DNA from: Eutreptiella sp. 'Long Island Sound 2002'
Lineage: Eukaryota > Protista > Euglenida
Direction: 5' to 3'
Length of the DNA stretch: 64,000 nt
NCBI GenBank assembly: GCA_964036045.1
Contig: OZ038378.1
Span: forward strand, 26,040,001 to 26,104,000
Shown here: one piece after another, positions 62,222 through 64,000 of the stretch
Layout of the letters: each line of letters starts with the position of its first letter
How positions within the stretch are numbered: the stretch's first letter is position 1
Translations under genes and position numbers: made by a program
Notes under the pieces: generated by a model
The model's database searches: none
What the model was told of the DNA's origin: nothing
What the model saw: the letters and a program-made list of their open reading frames with translations, nothing else

Positions 62222-63074
62222 ATTGAGGGGCACAAATGTGGTAGGTTTTGTCTTTTGCCATTGAAGCACAAGAAGCCTCCATTGTGCAATATGTTGGACT
62301 GCAGATGATTTGGAAGTACTGTACAAAGTGCTCCAAAGTATCCTGGAAATTGAAGAAAATGATCGTGCAGGAGCCTGCACAAAGAAATTTTTCCGGCCCA
62401 GCCCATCACCGCCCTGCATACCAGCGGTGCTCGGATTTGCCCCTGGCGCATGATATGATATGGAGGAGGTGGAGGAGCTGCTAGGGATCTGACCAGAGGA
62501 TCCGCGGATGCAAAAATTTGGGACAGAATAACCCCCTTCCACTGTAAGTGTTTGTTTTACAATGTGAATGGCTTGAGTGATTGCATGTGGGGTGCATCCC
62601 TCCGGGAGGCAAACAGGGTGCGGCGGTGACACTAGCAGGGGACAGGAGAGCAGCATTGGAAGTGTCATTTTGGAGCTCAGCCTCCCCAGGCTTTCTCGCC
62701 TACATCTTCTTCTGTCGAAGCCATTGACAAAACAAAGGCCGTGCCCAAAGAATCTGGCCTGGGCAATTTGTTTTGTGGCGATGCCCTGTCAGTGGCTGGT
62801 GTTACAGAGGACTCCTGACAGATTGAGTGGAAGAATAAATTGTCCCTCTGGGTTGGCAACCTAGAGGGGGCGTTAGGGCTGCTTTGGGCAATAAATACTG
62901 TTTTTGTCAAAAATGAGCAGATTCTAGGCTGCTTTTGGGCCCTTTGTGAGTGCGTCTTTCATGTCTGGTGGCACCCATCATTCAACACAAATATGTGTTT
63001 AGGGGGGAACGTTAGCGCGCCGGGCATCTTTTGTGACCCGTGCCCCACCCGTGGCCCTCTAGGGGGTGCACTAA

Positions 63075-63260
63075 GGGGGCGCACTTAGTGCATTGCAGCT
63101 ATTTGGGCATCTGGCTGTACTAGAGACCCATACTTTGAGATACTAGGAGCATCATGGTGACCCCTGGCGTAGGTTTTGACTTTTGGTTTTGTCCCCTTTG
63201 TTGGGGACCCCCGAGAATGCAGGGGTGACGTAGCATTTCCGCCCTCTTTTGGGCCCCAAC
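63075..63260 (-). repeat. Dispersed repeat family C, copy 3
   Basis: The reverse complement matches 6585-6755 (GGTCACCATGATG..CTAGTATCTCAAAGTATGGGTCTCTAGTAC..CCCAAATAG.TGCA). Confidence 0.75.
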
Positions 63261-64000
63261 CTTTCGGTGCTATTGAGGAAACTGGGACAATCTCTGAATC
63301 CACGCTTTGTTGTGTGGCCCCTTGGGTTGGCTATCGACCCCCCCCCCCCCTGGAAACGAAAACCCGGCCTCCCCATTGCTGCGAGGTTGCGTGCCCCACC
63401 CCCCCCGTCGGCCCCCGTGGGGGAGGCATAACGGAGCAAGGCGAGTCCACCAGGGAATGGCAGTTTTCGAGTAGCTGCTTGCTACCCTATCCTCTTTTTG
63501 TGCCCGTGTACCTGACCTTCCCAGGTCCGAGGACATGGGGCACGGGGCCACCATGGGCCCCATGGTGGATCCGGACGTATTCCGGAGCCTCTACCCAGCT
63601 GCTGCCCAACGCCGATGGAAGCCCTAGTCCTTGTGGAATGGGATAGTGTCGGCCAGTAATGGTGCTCAAACACAAGTAACACGGCAGCCCCCTCCCTAGC
63701 CCTGGGGGCACCCCAGTAGCCGCCTGGTGGTATGGCGACCACGGTCGGTCACAGATGGTGTGGGAAAGCCCCCTCCCCAGCCGGGGGGGGCACGCGGATA
63801 GCCGCCTGTTGGTATGGTGGGCGGAGTCGGTCACAGGTGGTGCAGCGCCCCGCTCCACAGCCAAGGGGCACCATGAGGGCTACTATCCCCCCGACGAGGG
63901 GACAGGGGCGGCAGATGCGTACTCCAAGGGCCCCTCTAGGTCCAGCCCAACGCCGGTGACAGCGAGGTCCTCCCTTGAGGGGACAGGGTCGGCCCAAGGT

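Noticed and set aside
62130-62490. Protein-like segments (..DDLEVLYKVLQSILEIEEND..APGA*YDMEEVEELLGI) with an in-frame TGA suggesting recoding
   Set aside because: No donor joins the pieces in phase, no homologue is recognised and no SECIS is evident; a pseudogene or chance is more likely.

Overview
This is a repeat-rich, intron-rich eukaryotic window with TTAGGG hexamers, many poly-G/C tracts and kb-sized GT-AG introns. The organism is not determined; a flagellated protist is an inference from the STPG gene. Two host genes can be rebuilt by hand with consistent exon phases: a 7-exon CorA-family Mg2+ transporter (minus, 47266-25861, 401 aa) and a 5-exon SHIPPO/STPG PGP-repeat protein (plus, 56775-60433, 275 aa). 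The most striking structure is a nested mobile system. Three elements share CACG(6-7) terminal inverted repeats and perfect 8-bp target-site duplications (13489-16990, 18783-23957, 35333-41730). Two of them carry head-to-tail arrays (4 and 5 units) of a ~1.1-kb unit with asymmetric subterminal inverted repeats, an AGC microsatellite and a 20-nt tail ending in TT. Units are joined by spacers of 6, 12 or 24 nt of telomeric hexamer. A ~0.5-kb relative with the same end architecture but a 0-nt junction lies in CorA intron 1. The third TIR element carries a frameshifted Cys/His-rich cargo ORF. Also present are a decayed hAT-type transposase, a tail-to-tail pair of tRNA-Cys-like sequences, LINE remnants, dispersed repeats and satellites. 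A 200-N gap has a flush ~1.05-kb duplication on both sides, probably an assembly artefact. All analysis was done by eye; no searches were run.
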